Positions 27,858 through 38,407 are shown, counted from the first letter of the stretch. The stretch is 64,000 bases of DNA from an uncultured Pseudomonadota bacterium (GCA_963847705.1 CAWKBC010000017.1:96001-160000), one strand, 5' to 3'. Program-made: numbers and translations. Notes: generated by a model not told the origin, from the letters alone.

Positions 27858-29105
27858 ATGGCGAATCCCGGCGATCTGGTCGGCCGACAGGTCGGACGTT
27901 ACGCCGTGGTCCGTCACCTCGCCTCGGGGGGGATGGCCGAGCTCTACATCGCGCGCCAGGAATCCGTGGGGGGGTTCGAGAAGCAGGTGGTCCTCAAGAT
28001 CCTGCAGCCGCGCTACGCCAAGAACCCGCGCGTGGTGACCATGTTCCTCGATGAGGCGCGGCTGGCGGCCAAGCTGAATCACCCGGCGATCGTGCACGTC
28101 TACGACGTCGCCGACGAGGGGGGCCTCAAGTACATCGCCATGGAGTACATCCACGGCGAGACGATCGCGGACATCGTCAAGCGCGGGCTGGCGGTCGATC
28201 GCTACCTGCCGCTGGAGTACGCCATCCACATCGTCCGGCAGACCGCCACCGGGTTGGCTTACGCCCACGAGCGGAAGGAGGCCGACGGCAAGGTGGTGCG
28301 CATCGTCCACCGCGACATCTCGCCGACCAACATACTGGTCAGTTACGAGGGGCAGACGGAGATCGTCGACTTCGGCATCGCCCGCGCGCAGGACGAGCTG
28401 CGCGAGGAGGCGGGGATTCTCCCCGGCAAAGCCTCCTACATGTCGCCCGAGCAGGTGCGGGGTGAGACGGTCGACCACCGGTCGGACATCTTTGCCCTGG
28501 GGATCATTCTCTACGAGCTCACGCTCTGCCAGCGTCTCTACCGGGGGCCGGCCGACGCCGTCATGAAGCGGATCGTGAGCGAGCGGGTGCAGCCGCCGAC
28601 GGCGATCCGGCGCGACTACCCGCCCGCGCTGGAGCTGATCGTCATGCGGGCGCTGGAGAAGCGCCCTGCGGACCGCTACCAGACGGCGCAGGAGATGCAC
28701 GATGATCTGGAGGAGTTCCTGAGCGAGAGCGGCCTGCGCAGCGGGAATCGGCGCGTCGCGATCTACATGAGCGAGCTTTTCGCGCCCGACGCGGCGGTCG
28801 CAGGGGGGGAGGGGGCGGGCGACGATCAGGAGGCGCTCGATTTCGACCGCCGCGCGCCGCTCAGCATGCGCATGGAGCCGGCGGCTGAGCCCGAGCGAGA
28901 GCGGCGCCCGCCTCAACCGTCCGCGGCCCAAGCTCCGCGCCTCTCGCCACCGGCCGCGCTTCCCTCCGGCCGCGCGCTGGCGGCCGAGGGGGTCCCCCGG
29001 CCGGACCCAGCCCCGGCCGGGAGGCGCCTCCGAGGAAGCTGGATCGTCGTCGCCGCCTTCATAGTTTTGGGGATTGGGGCGATGGTATTCCTCACTCTTC
29101 GATGA
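27858..29105 (+). CDS. Ser/Thr protein kinase with C-terminal membrane anchor
   Basis: GGMAELY, VVLK, HRDISPTN, DFG, YMSPE, terminal TM helix. Confidence 0.93.
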   Translation: MANPGDLVGRQVGRYAVVRHLASGGMAELYIARQESVGGFEKQVVLKILQPRYAKNPRVVTMFLDEARLAAKLNHPAIVHVYDVADEGGLKYIAMEYIHGETIADIVKRGLAVDRYLPLEYAIHIVRQTATGLAYAHERKEADGKVVRIVHRDISPTNILVSYEGQTEIVDFGIARAQDELREEAGILPGKASYMSPEQVRGETVDHRSDIFALGIILYELTLCQRLYRGPADAVMKRIVSERVQPPTAIRRDYPPALELIVMRALEKRPADRYQTAQEMHDDLEEFLSESGLRSGNRRVAIYMSELFAPDAAVAGGEGAGDDQEALDFDRRAPLSMRMEPAAEPERERRPPQPSAAQAPRLSPPAALPSGRALAAEGVPRPDPAPAGRRLRGSWIVVAAFIVLGIGAMVFLTLR

Positions 29106-29163
29106 TAATTTCGCGCGACGTTTCCGAGCACGGTTGGCTGCGGAGCCGGGAAGCTCTAACTGC

Positions 29164-30940
29164 ATGAAATTCGTCTGCGATCGCTGCCAGACCAAGTATT
29201 CAATCGCGGACGAAAAGGTCCGCGGGAAGATTCTCAAGGTCCGCTGCAAAGCCTGCACGAACATCATCACCGTGCGGGAAGAGGGTGCGGCCGCCGGTGC
29301 TGCGGCCGTCCGCAAGCCGTCCGCGCCCGTGGCGCCGGTCGGGTCGCCGGGTGGGGCGCCGGCTGGATCTTCGGGCGCCGCGCCCCCGGCCCGTCCCCCC
29401 ACGCCGGCCGCGCCGCGCACGCCGCTCGGGCCGCCGGCCACGGCGCCGATTCGAGCGCCGGGCCGCGCCGCGACCGGAGCCACCCGCTGACGACGGCATC
29501 GCCTGGTACATGGCGCTTGACGGCAACCGCACCGGACCGTTCTCGCGCAAGCAGCTCATCGACAGGGTCGCGCCGCTCCCCAAGGACGCCGATCTGCACG
29601 TCTGGAACGAGAAGCTGGGGAGCTGGAAGCCGCCCACCGAGGTGCCGGCGCTGGCGCACGATCTGGCCGCGCGGCGCCGCCCGCCGACACCGGTGCCTAT
29701 GCCGCCTCCGCCGCCGCCATTTCCGGGCGCTCCCCGGCGCCCGACCGCGCCGCCTGTTCCCGTTCCGGTTGCGGCGGCCTCGGCACCGGCGCCCGCGCGC
29801 CAGACGGGCGCCCACCCCGTCGTCGGCCATGCCATCGGTCCCGGCGTCGGGCTGAAGCTGCCCCCGCCCGTCGCGCCGCCGGGGGGCCGTCGCCCGACCG
29901 GACCGGTCGCGCGGCCGGTGGGTCTGTTCGGGGCGGAGCCGGCACCGGTGCCCGCTTCCAGCTCCGAGGGCGGCCTCGACATCGATCCCTCCTCCATGCT
30001 CGAGACCCCGGCGCCGCAGCTGCACATGCTGCAGGGGCTGGGCACGAATGGCGTCGCGCACGCCGAGCAGCCGGCGTCGGCCTCGAACGGCACCTCCACC
30101 TCGGCCGACAAGTCCGACGTCCTCAACACGTTGAACCTCGCCTCGGCCTCCGGGGCGGGGCCGGCGCCGCGGCTGCTCTCGTCGGAGGCGGTCGTCGGCT
30201 GGCAGCCGAGCGCCGGCGAAGCCCCGGGCGCGCGCCTGCGCACCACCCGCATCCTCCTGGCGCTCCTCGGCGTCATCGCGCTCGTCTGCGTCGTCCTCTT
30301 CCTCAACGTCGCGAAGAAGCCGAAACAGGCGGCTTCGTTGCCGTCGAAGACGGTCACCGACCCGCTGGCCGGCGTGGTCGACAATCCGCCGCCCCCGTCG
30401 CCGCCCACGCCCTCCCAGCCGCCGCCGTCCGTCGCTCCGACGCCGGAAGCTGCGCCGGAAGCGCGCGGTCACGCGAAGGCCCGTCCGTTGGCGCGCGGCA
30501 AAGCCGCGGCGCCCACCTCCCCGACCTCCCCGCCGCCGGTCGGCGCGCCGGCGACGCCGCCGCCGCCGGCGGAGGCGGACAACTCGGCCAACGCCCGCTA
30601 CCGCGACGGCCACAACCTGAACATCAGCGGGGGGAGCGGCATCCAGCGTCCCGCGCCGTCGCAGTCCGACATCTCGCGCGTCATCAACAACAACCGGGGC
30701 GGGATCAAGAACTGCTACCAGCGCGCGCTGCTGCGCGACAACAGCCTCACCCACGGCAAGATCAGCGTGAAGGTCACGATCGGGATCTCCGGACGGGTCA
30801 AGCACACCGGGATCGACGGGCCGCCGCAGTTCCGTTCGCTCGAGCCCTGCATCAAGGAGGTCGTCGGGCGCTGGGCCTTCCCGCAGGCCAGCGACGAGTA
30901 CGGCACCGAGTTCGTCTACGTCTTCCAGGGGAACGAGTAG
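29164..30940 (+). CDS. Zinc-ribbon / GYF_2 / TM / AgmX-PglI C-terminal protein (GltJ/AgmX-like); +1 frameshift at ~29450
   Basis: CDRC..CKAC zinc ribbon, then WYMALDG..GPF (GYF_2), TM helix and IKNCYQRALL..CIK..WAFP domain in the +1 frame. About 591 aa when joined. Confidence 0.8.
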
Positions 30941-30982
30941 GCGCGTGGCCCGGCGTGCTAGCTTGAGTCGAGGCCCAGCAAC

Positions 30983-33817
30983 TTGTTCAAGCACCCGTAC
31001 GCCGCGTTTCTGAGTAAGGTCGAAAAGCCGTCGCGCTACGTGGGCGGCGAGTACCAGGAGGCGCGCAAGGATCCGGCGGCGGTGACCGCCCGCATCTGCC
31101 TGGCCTTCCCCGACGTCTACGAGATCGGGATGTCGCACCTGGGGACGAAGATCCTCTACGGCGTCCTCAACAAGACCGATGGGATCGCCTGCGAGCGGGT
31201 GTTCTCGCCCTGGCTCGACTGCGAGGCCGAGCTGCGCGCGCGTGGGTTACCCCTGGTGACGCTGGAGACGGCGACGCCGGTGGGCGAGTTCGACGTGGTC
31301 GGCTTCTCGCTGCAGTACGAGCTCACCTATACGAATGTCCTGACCATCATGGACCTGGCCGGGATCCCGCTGCGCGCAGCGGACCGCGACGATCGGGCGC
31401 CGCTGGTCATCGCCGGCGGCCCGACCGCCACCCACCCCGAGCCGCTGGCGCCGTTCATCGACGCCTTCTTCATCGGTGAGGCGGAGGAGGCGCTGCCGCC
31501 GCTCGTGCGTGAGGCGGCCGAGCTGCGGCGCGCGGGCGTCTCGCGGCGGGAGCGGCTCTGCCGGCTGGCCGAGAAGTATCCGCTCTACGTCCCCGAGCTC
31601 TACGCCACGGAGCTCGACGAGGAGAGCGGCCTCCTGGTTGTGGGCACTCCGCTCGATCCGCGCGTGCCGGCCCGGCCGCGCCGCGTGCTGGTGGCGGACA
31701 TCAACAAGTTTCCCTTCCCCGACGACTCGCCGCTGCCCTACGCCGAGGCGATCTTCGATCGCATGGCGGTCGAGGTGGCGCGCGGCTGCACCGAAGGGTG
31801 CCGCTTCTGCCAGGCGGGGATGATCTACCGCCCGGTGCGCGAGCGCGATCCGGTGGCGGTGATCGACGCGCTGGTCGAGGGGGTGAAGAAGGGCGGCTAC
31901 GACGAGACGGCGCTGACCTCGCTGTCGATGGCCGACTACTCCTGCGTGACGCCGCTGGTGAAGGCGGCCATGGCCAAGCTGGCGCCCGAGAAGGTCTCGC
32001 TCTCGGTGTCGTCGCTGCGGGCCTACGGGCTCAACGACGACCTGCTGGGGGAGATCGCCAGCGTGCGGGCCGGGGGGCTCACCTTCGCGCCGGAGGCCGG
32101 CACCCAGCGGATGCGCGACGTGATCGCCAAGAACGTCACCGAGGCCGACATCATCGAGTCGGCCCACCGGGTGTTCGGGCGCGGCTTTTCGCGCATGAAG
32201 CTCTACTTCATGATCGGCCTGCCCACCGAGACCGACGAGGACGTGCTGGGGATCGTGGAGACGGCGGCGCGCGTGCAGGAGATCGGCCGGCGCCACCAGC
32301 GCGGCGCGCAGGTCACCGCCTCGGTCTCCACACACGTGCCGAAGCCGCACACGCCGTTTCAGTGGGCGGCCATGGACAGCGAGGCGGAGACCCGGCGCAA
32401 GCAGGGCCTCTTGGCCGAGCGGGCGCGGGCGCTGCGCGTGAACCTCAAGATGCACGAGAACCAGCAGTCCCACATCGAGGGGATCTTCTCGCGCGGCGAT
32501 CGGCGCGCGGGAGAGCTCCTGGAGGCGGCCTTCCGGCTGGGCTGCCGCTTCGACAGCTGGGACGACGCGCTGCGGATCGATCTGTGGGAGCAGGCGGTGG
32601 CGGAGACCTCGCCGCGCACGGGGTTCGACACCGGGCGCCCGCTCGGGACGTTGCCGGTCACGGCGCGGCTGCCCTGGAGCCACATCGACATCGGGCTCGA
32701 GCCGGACTTCCTGGCCAAGGAGTACAGGAAGGCGCTCAAGGATCGTCTCTCGCCCCCCTGCGGGAAGCCCTACAAGAAGCTCTTGCACCCGAGCAGCGTG
32801 GCGGCGGCGGAGGCGGGCGCCAAGGACAAGCTCATCTGCTACGACTGCGGCATCGCCTGCGACCTCGACGCCATGAAGGGCGAGCGGCTCTTCTACCTGC
32901 GCCGCATGAACGCCTGGGGAAGTGCTGACGTCGTGAGCGCCAGGCCGTCTGCCAGCTCCCCATCGGAATCCCAGGCGGCCGACAGGGAGAGCGCCCCCAT
33001 CGTCGCGCCGGCCAGGCCGCGACCCGTGCAGGATCCGACCCGGCCGCCGCCGCGGTCGGTGCAGGGGAAGCCGCACGGCTACCGCGTTCGTTACACCAAG
33101 CTCGGGCGCGTCATCTATCTCGGGCACCTCGATCTGGTGCGGCACCTGCCGCGCATCTTCCGGCGCGCCGGGCTGGAGATCTATTACTCCGTCGGGTTTC
33201 ATCCCAAGCCCGAGCTGTCGTTCGGGCCGGCGCTGGGGCTGGGGATCCCTTCGCTCGGTGAGATTCTCGACGTGAAGCTGGTCGACGATCTTCCGCCCGA
33301 GGAGGTTGCCCGCCGCCTCGCGCGCGTCTCGCTGGACGGGATCGACATCCTGGAGGTCGCCCGCGTCCTCGACAACGACCGCGCGCTCGGCCGGGTGATC
33401 ACCGAGTCGGAGACCATCGCCCAGCTGCCGGTCGGCACCGACCTGGCGGCCGCTCTGGCCCGCTTCGCCGGCGAGGAGCCGCTGCGGATCCTGCGCGAAT
33501 CGGACAAGGCGATCTCGCGCACCGTCGACGTGCGCAAGACGTTGCGCGCGCTCTCCCTCTTCGAGGACGCGGAGGCGCGGCGCCGGCTCGGCTGGGGCGA
33601 CGGCCCGATGATCTCGTTCGCGGTCTCCGTCAGCAACGAAGGGAGCGCCAAGCCGATCGAGGTGGTGACCACCCTCTTCGGCGCCGAGATCGCCCAGAAG
33701 ACCGATCTGGCCCGGCTGGCGCTCTGGGGCGAGGAGCGGACCGATCCGTTGCGCGTGAGCGAGCTTCGGCGGCGCCCCGTCGTCACGCGGCTCACCGCCG
33801 CGGCCGCGGCGCCGTGA
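30983..33817 (+). CDS. B12-binding-type radical SAM protein (TIGR03960-like) fused to a DUF2344-like domain
   Basis: KPSRYVGGE, FPDVYEIGMSHLG, RGCTEGCRFC, LTFAPEAG, C-terminal HLDL..GFHPKP..FGPAL. Confidence 0.9.
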   Translation: MFKHPYAAFLSKVEKPSRYVGGEYQEARKDPAAVTARICLAFPDVYEIGMSHLGTKILYGVLNKTDGIACERVFSPWLDCEAELRARGLPLVTLETATPVGEFDVVGFSLQYELTYTNVLTIMDLAGIPLRAADRDDRAPLVIAGGPTATHPEPLAPFIDAFFIGEAEEALPPLVREAAELRRAGVSRRERLCRLAEKYPLYVPELYATELDEESGLLVVGTPLDPRVPARPRRVLVADINKFPFPDDSPLPYAEAIFDRMAVEVARGCTEGCRFCQAGMIYRPVRERDPVAVIDALVEGVKKGGYDETALTSLSMADYSCVTPLVKAAMAKLAPEKVSLSVSSLRAYGLNDDLLGEIASVRAGGLTFAPEAGTQRMRDVIAKNVTEADIIESAHRVFGRGFSRMKLYFMIGLPTETDEDVLGIVETAARVQEIGRRHQRGAQVTASVSTHVPKPHTPFQWAAMDSEAETRRKQGLLAERARALRVNLKMHENQQSHIEGIFSRGDRRAGELLEAAFRLGCRFDSWDDALRIDLWEQAVAETSPRTGFDTGRPLGTLPVTARLPWSHIDIGLEPDFLAKEYRKALKDRLSPPCGKPYKKLLHPSSVAAAEAGAKDKLICYDCGIACDLDAMKGERLFYLRRMNAWGSADVVSARPSASSPSESQAADRESAPIVAPARPRPVQDPTRPPPRSVQGKPHGYRVRYTKLGRVIYLGHLDLVRHLPRIFRRAGLEIYYSVGFHPKPELSFGPALGLGIPSLGEILDVKLVDDLPPEEVARRLARVSLDGIDILEVARVLDNDRALGRVITESETIAQLPVGTDLAAALARFAGEEPLRILRESDKAISRTVDVRKTLRALSLFEDAEARRRLGWGDGPMISFAVSVSNEGSAKPIEVVTTLFGAEIAQKTDLARLALWGEERTDPLRVSELRRRPVVTRLTAAAAAP

Positions 33818-34581
33818 TCGAGACCGAGGGCCTCTCCAAGCGGTTCGGCGACACGCTCGCCGTCGACGACCTCACCCTGCGGATCGAGGCGGGCGAGGTG
33901 GTCGGCTTCCTCGGCCCGAACGGCTCGGGCAAGACGACGACCATCCGGCTGCTGATGGGCCTCCTGCGCCCGAGCGCCGGGCGCGCCTCGATCCTCGGGC
34001 ACGACTGCCACGTCGACGCGGTCGCGCTCAAGCGCGAGGTCGGCTACCTCCCCGACGAGCCGTTCCTCTACCCTTACCTGACCGGGCTCGAGACGCTGGA
34101 GCTGGTCGGCGGCCTGCACGGGCTCCCCACCGCCGAGGCGCGCCGCCGCGCCGCCGACATCGCCGAGCGGCTGGGGCTGGGCGCGGCCGCGCGTGGCTAC
34201 ACCGTGACCTACTCGCTGGGGATGAAGAAGCGGCTGGCGCTGGCGCTGGCGCTGATTCACCAACCGCGCGTGCTGATCCTCGACGAGCCGACCAACGGCC
34301 TCGACCCGGCCGGCGCCCGGCAGATGCGCGCCAACATCGCCGAGTACGCCGCCGGGGGGCGGACCATCTTCCTGTCGACCCACCTCCTCGACGCCGCCGA
34401 GCGGCTCTGCCACCGGGTGGCCATCATCCAGAAGGGGAGGCTGCAGGCGATCGGAACGCCCGACGAGCTGCGGGCCCGCTTCGCCGCCGCGCCGGGCACG
34501 ACGCTGGAGGATCTCTTCCTGCGCGTGACCTCGGACGACGCGCCGCCGGCCGAGAGGTCGCGCGCCGGCGGGGGCGGTTGA
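33814..34581 (+). CDS. ABC transporter ATP-binding protein
   Basis: GPNGSGKTT, YSLGMKKR, LILDEPTNGLD. Confidence 0.92.
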   Translation: MIETEGLSKRFGDTLAVDDLTLRIEAGEVVGFLGPNGSGKTTTIRLLMGLLRPSAGRASILGHDCHVDAVALKREVGYLPDEPFLYPYLTGLETLELVGGLHGLPTAEARRRAADIAERLGLGAAARGYTVTYSLGMKKRLALALALIHQPRVLILDEPTNGLDPAGARQMRANIAEYAAGGRTIFLSTHLLDAAERLCHRVAIIQKGRLQAIGTPDELRARFAAAPGTTLEDLFLRVTSDDAPPAERSRAGGGG

Positions 34582-36773
34582 TCGCCGCGCCACCCATCGG
34601 CGCCGGCCCGCTGGCGGCGCTCCTCATCCGCTCGCGGCTCCGGTCGTTCCGCAACGGTCTTCGGGCGCGCGGGAGTCGGCGCACGCCGGTGCTGGTGACG
34701 GTCGGCGGCCTGGTCATCGCGTTCGCCTACGTGCTCCTCTTCGCGCAGGCGTTTTCCACGATCGTCCGAACGGTCGGCCTCCTCGAGCAGACGGCCGCGC
34801 TGGCGCTGGTGACCGGGACGCTGGCACTCGGCAGCTTGACCGCCAAGGCGGCCAGCAGCGAGGCGGTGCGCGCCGGCTCGCCGGAGAACGAGTTCCTGTT
34901 GGCGCGCCCGGTCTCTCTTCAGGCGCTGGTCGCCGCGCGCGGCTTCGCCGACGCGGTGACAGATCCGATGGGCGCGCTGTTTCTCTTCCCGGTGCTGGTG
35001 GCCGCCGCGCTGGTCTGGCGCCTGCCGCCCACGGCCTGGCTGCTGGCGGCGGCGATCTCCTCGGCGGTCCAGGTCGCCATTTCGATGCTCGCCTATGCGG
35101 CGCAGATCGCCGTGGTGCGGGTGGTCGCGCCGGCCCGGCGGCGTGGCGTCTGGATGGGTCTGCGCCTGGTGGGGGCGCTGGCGCTGGCGGCGGTCTGGAT
35201 GATCGGGACCTGGGTGCTGCGCGCGCCCGCGGCGCTGGCGGCCAAGCTCGCCACGATCGCCTGGTGGGCCAACCGCACCCCGGGGGCCCTCATCGTCGCG
35301 CCCCTGGCGGCGTTCGTTCGCGGCCAGACAGCGCTCGCTTTTGCCGCGCTCGGTCTGCTCTGGCTGGCTGCCGGGGCCGCGCTGCTCCTCGCCGTGGCCG
35401 TCGCCCGCCGCGCCGGCATGGGAGGCTGGGAGGAGGCCGGGGCCGCCTGGGCCGAAGCCGCTCCGCTTCCGAGCGGTCGGGCGCGCCCCATCACCGCGGC
35501 GACCAAGGACCTCCGCCTCATCACGCGCGACGGCGGGCAGGTGCTGGTGTTGATCGCGATGCCGGCGATCTTCGTGGGGATCCAGATCTTCGGCTCGGCG
35601 GGGTGGACCTGGTCGACCGCCAGCCTGGCGCGCATCTCCTGCCTGGCGTACTCGCTGGCGCTCTACATGGCCACCATCGGTCCGCTCACCCACATGCAGG
35701 CCGAGCGACGCGCGTTCTGGATCCTGCGGACGGTCCCGGTGCCCCTCGGCAAGCTGTTCGCCGCCAAGGCGCGCGCCTGGTCGGTGGTGGTGGGTGGAGC
35801 GGCGGCGATCGTGTTCGTGCCGCTGGCGCTGGTGATGCCGCCGGCCGGCGCCGGCGGGATCGGGAGCGTCGTCGTCGCGGGTTTTCTGGTGGTGGGCGGT
35901 GCGGTGTCGATGACCTTTCTGGCGATCGCGATGGCGGCGGGTGGCGCCGACCTGTCGGACGAGCAGACGACCGCGGTCGGCCCGGCGACGATCTACGCCT
36001 TCCTGTTGGCCGGAGGCCTTTACAACCTGGTCCTGACCGGCGATCCGCTCACCCGGCTGTCGGGTCTGGCGCTCTACCTGTTCGTCACCGGCGCTTACTG
36101 GGGAGCCGGCGTGGCGCGCGCCGAGATCTGTCTGGACGCGGAGGCCGTGCGCACGCCCCGCCTGCGGGCAGCCGACGCCGCGGCGTTGGTGCTCATCTAT
36201 GTGCTCGTCTCGCGCGGCCTCGGGATGGTGGCGGCGGCGGCGCACGTCGCGGTGGAGGGGGTGCGGCTCGGGTGGGCGGTGCTGGTGGCCCCGTTCGCGC
36301 TGGCGCTGCTCCGCCGCGCGCCGCCGCCGCCGGAGCGCCGCGGGCTGGCGGTCTCGGCGATCGGTGGCGGGATTCTGGGCGCGGCGGTGGGCCTGTTCCA
36401 GCGGAGGGCCGGGCCGGCCTTCGAGGGCATGACGATCCCGTACTGGATCGGCGCCGCCTTGTTTGTCCTGGCGGAGGAGGTCATTTTTCGGGGCGTCGTT
36501 CAGCGGTCGCTGGAGCTGGACCTTGCGCCGTCGGTGTCGACGTCGTCACCGGGGCGCTGGAAGGCGCGTCTTGCCGCCGGGGCTGTGACTGCGGCGCTCG
36601 GGATCGTGGCGCTCGCGATGACGATGGGCATCACGACCGGGCTCTCGACGGGCCGGCTGGGGTTGATGATCTCTCTTCAGGTCGCGGCCACGCTCGTGAG
36701 AGGAGTCACGGGGCGGGTGAGCGCTTCTGCGCTCGCGCGCGCAACCGGCCTGGCCGTTTGCACTTTTCTGTAA
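34578..36773 (+). CDS. Multi-pass ABC exporter permease with C-terminal CPBP/CAAX-protease-like segment
   Basis: Many TM helices, EFLLARPV, KDLRL, AERRAFWILRTVPV, C-terminal LAEEVIFRGVVQ. Confidence 0.7.
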   Translation: MIAAPPIGAGPLAALLIRSRLRSFRNGLRARGSRRTPVLVTVGGLVIAFAYVLLFAQAFSTIVRTVGLLEQTAALALVTGTLALGSLTAKAASSEAVRAGSPENEFLLARPVSLQALVAARGFADAVTDPMGALFLFPVLVAAALVWRLPPTAWLLAAAISSAVQVAISMLAYAAQIAVVRVVAPARRRGVWMGLRLVGALALAAVWMIGTWVLRAPAALAAKLATIAWWANRTPGALIVAPLAAFVRGQTALAFAALGLLWLAAGAALLLAVAVARRAGMGGWEEAGAAWAEAAPLPSGRARPITAATKDLRLITRDGGQVLVLIAMPAIFVGIQIFGSAGWTWSTASLARISCLAYSLALYMATIGPLTHMQAERRAFWILRTVPVPLGKLFAAKARAWSVVVGGAAAIVFVPLALVMPPAGAGGIGSVVVAGFLVVGGAVSMTFLAIAMAAGGADLSDEQTTAVGPATIYAFLLAGGLYNLVLTGDPLTRLSGLALYLFVTGAYWGAGVARAEICLDAEAVRTPRLRAADAAALVLIYVLVSRGLGMVAAAAHVAVEGVRLGWAVLVAPFALALLRRAPPPPERRGLAVSAIGGGILGAAVGLFQRRAGPAFEGMTIPYWIGAALFVLAEEVIFRGVVQRSLELDLAPSVSTSSPGRWKARLAAGAVTAALGIVALAMTMGITTGLSTGRLGLMISLQVAATLVRGVTGRVSASALARATGLAVCTFL

Positions 36774-36798
36774 TCAGGCAGAGGTTTACGATGGATCC

Positions 36799-38007
36799 AT
36801 GCGCAGTGTCGTCTCTTCGCATGGAGTGTCTGCGGCAGCCGTGCGCCTGGCACTGGGAGCGACCCTGGCGGTCGCCGTTTCGTTCGGCTGCAGTGTCGAC
36901 GAAACCGGTCTCGCGGCGACGAACGAGAAGCTCCAGCGTGACGGCGGAGCGACCGGTGGCTCCGCGACCACTGGCACCGGCGGCAGCATCGCCACAGGCG
37001 GGATCGTCGGCAGCGGTGGCAGCAACGTCGGTCAGGGTGGAACGCCCGCCACCGGCGGATCGAATGGCAGCGGTGGCGTCATCGGCGAGGGGACGGGCGG
37101 AGCGGCGGCCAGCGGGGGTGTGTCCGGGACGGGCGGCCTGGCCGGTGCCGCGGGCACGGGCGGCGTGACCGGAACAGGCGGCACGACGAGCACAGGGGGA
37201 GCCGTTGGTGCGGGCGGTACGCCCGGGACCGGTGGCACGGCAGGTGCGGGCGGCGTGACTGCGACGGGAGGTGCGCCTGGCGCGGGCGGCACACCAGGTA
37301 CGGGCGGCCTCCAGGGAACGGGTGGCGTGCAGGGGACGGGGGGCATCCCGGGAACTGGCGGTGGTGGCGGACCGAAGTGCGGTCCGGGGACCTGTGATGG
37401 CTGCTGCAACGCCGATGGGCAGTGCGTGCGCAACGTGACCGCCAAGCAGTGTGGCGGCGCAGGGGCCGCCTGCACCGCCTGCGCGCCGTGCGAGATCTGC
37501 TCGGGCTCTGGCTCCGGCGCGGCCAGCTGCGCGATCGATCCGAATTCTCAGTGGGCGATCGTCGCCGTTTCGGGGCAGGTCGCGATGACCCCGCCGGGGG
37601 GCGGGACCTGGGATCCGCCGCACGGAGACGAAGGGGGCTCGGCCCCGGATCTGTTCTGTGAATACGAGAATCCGGCTGGCGACGTCAGCCCCACCACCGC
37701 GGGCGTGACCGACACGGTCACCGACGTCTTCACCGCCAACTGGGACCAGACCATCACGCCGCCGGGCGTGACCGTCAGTGCTTCGGCCTTGATGGCCAGC
37801 AAGCCGGCCTGGCGGATCTGGGTCGGAGATGAAGACTGCAGCAGCCCGACCAAGTGTGGGACGTCGGGACAGATCGCCTGCTCGTATCAGCAGCCGATCA
37901 GCGCCGCGTCGTTGCTGAGCGGCGGAACGACGATCAGCAACTATCAGAGCTGCGTCGCGCTGACGCTGTCGTTCGTCTGCCAGGCGCCGAGCACGGCTGC
38001 GCCGTAG
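36799..38007 (+). CDS. Lipoprotein with Gly/Thr (GTGG) repeats and a Cys-rich C-terminal domain
   Basis: Lipobox SFG-C, long (xGTGG) low-complexity stalk, CGPGTCDGCC and further Cys pairs. Confidence 0.8.
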   Translation: MRSVVSSHGVSAAAVRLALGATLAVAVSFGCSVDETGLAATNEKLQRDGGATGGSATTGTGGSIATGGIVGSGGSNVGQGGTPATGGSNGSGGVIGEGTGGAAASGGVSGTGGLAGAAGTGGVTGTGGTTSTGGAVGAGGTPGTGGTAGAGGVTATGGAPGAGGTPGTGGLQGTGGVQGTGGIPGTGGGGGPKCGPGTCDGCCNADGQCVRNVTAKQCGGAGAACTACAPCEICSGSGSGAASCAIDPNSQWAIVAVSGQVAMTPPGGGTWDPPHGDEGGSAPDLFCEYENPAGDVSPTTAGVTDTVTDVFTANWDQTITPPGVTVSASALMASKPAWRIWVGDEDCSSPTKCGTSGQIACSYQQPISAASLLSGGTTISNYQSCVALTLSFVCQAPSTAAP

Positions 38008-38063
38008 GCGGCGCCGTGCGGCTTTCGTCCCGGCGAAGGCTGAGCCGTCATTGCACTCGAGAG

Positions 38064-38164
38064 CCTCACCGAGGGCGGCCCCTCGCTGGTTACCCCAGGG
38101 CCTCACCGAGGGCGGCCCCTCGCTGGTCACCCCGGGGACCTCATCGGGGGGCGGGCCCTCGCTG
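38064..38164. repeat. REP-like ~37-bp palindromic tandem repeat, about 2.7 copies
   Basis: CCTCACCGAGGGCGGCCCCTCGCTGG.. at 38064 and 38101, degenerate at 38139. Internal hairpin CGAGGG/CCCTCG; lies between convergent genes. Confidence 0.85.
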
Positions 38165-38174
38165 CCCGAGAAGG

Positions 38175-38366
38175 CTAGGCCTTCGTGATGAAGCCGGAGC
38201 GGAGGCAGCGCGCGCAGACGCGGATGTGGCTGCGGGTGCCGTTGGCGAGCTTGGTGTGCACGCGACGCAGGTTGGGCCGCTGGATGCTCTTGGTCTTGAT
38301 GTTCGAGTGGCTCACGTTGTTCGCCACTCGTCGCCGCTTGTCGCAGACTTCACATTGCGCTGCCAT
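38175..38366 (-). CDS. rpmB: 50S ribosomal protein L28 (Zn-ribbon form)
   Basis: CEVC..NNVSHSNIKTK..PNL..VCARCLRSG; GGAGGG RBS. Confidence 0.95.
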   Translation of the reverse strand: MAAQCEVCDKRRRVANNVSHSNIKTKSIQRPNLRRVHTKLANGTRSHIRVCARCLRSGFITKA

Positions 38367-38407
38367 TTCAAATCCCTCCGGAAGGCGGGTACCTTTAGCA
38401 CTGGCCG

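Noticed and set aside
36950-37370. GTGG repeats as a mobile or structural DNA repeat
   Set aside because: Codon-degenerate protein-level low complexity typical of myxobacterial lipoprotein stalks.
38064-38164. CRISPR array
   Set aside because: No unique spacers, under 3 full units, no cas genes.
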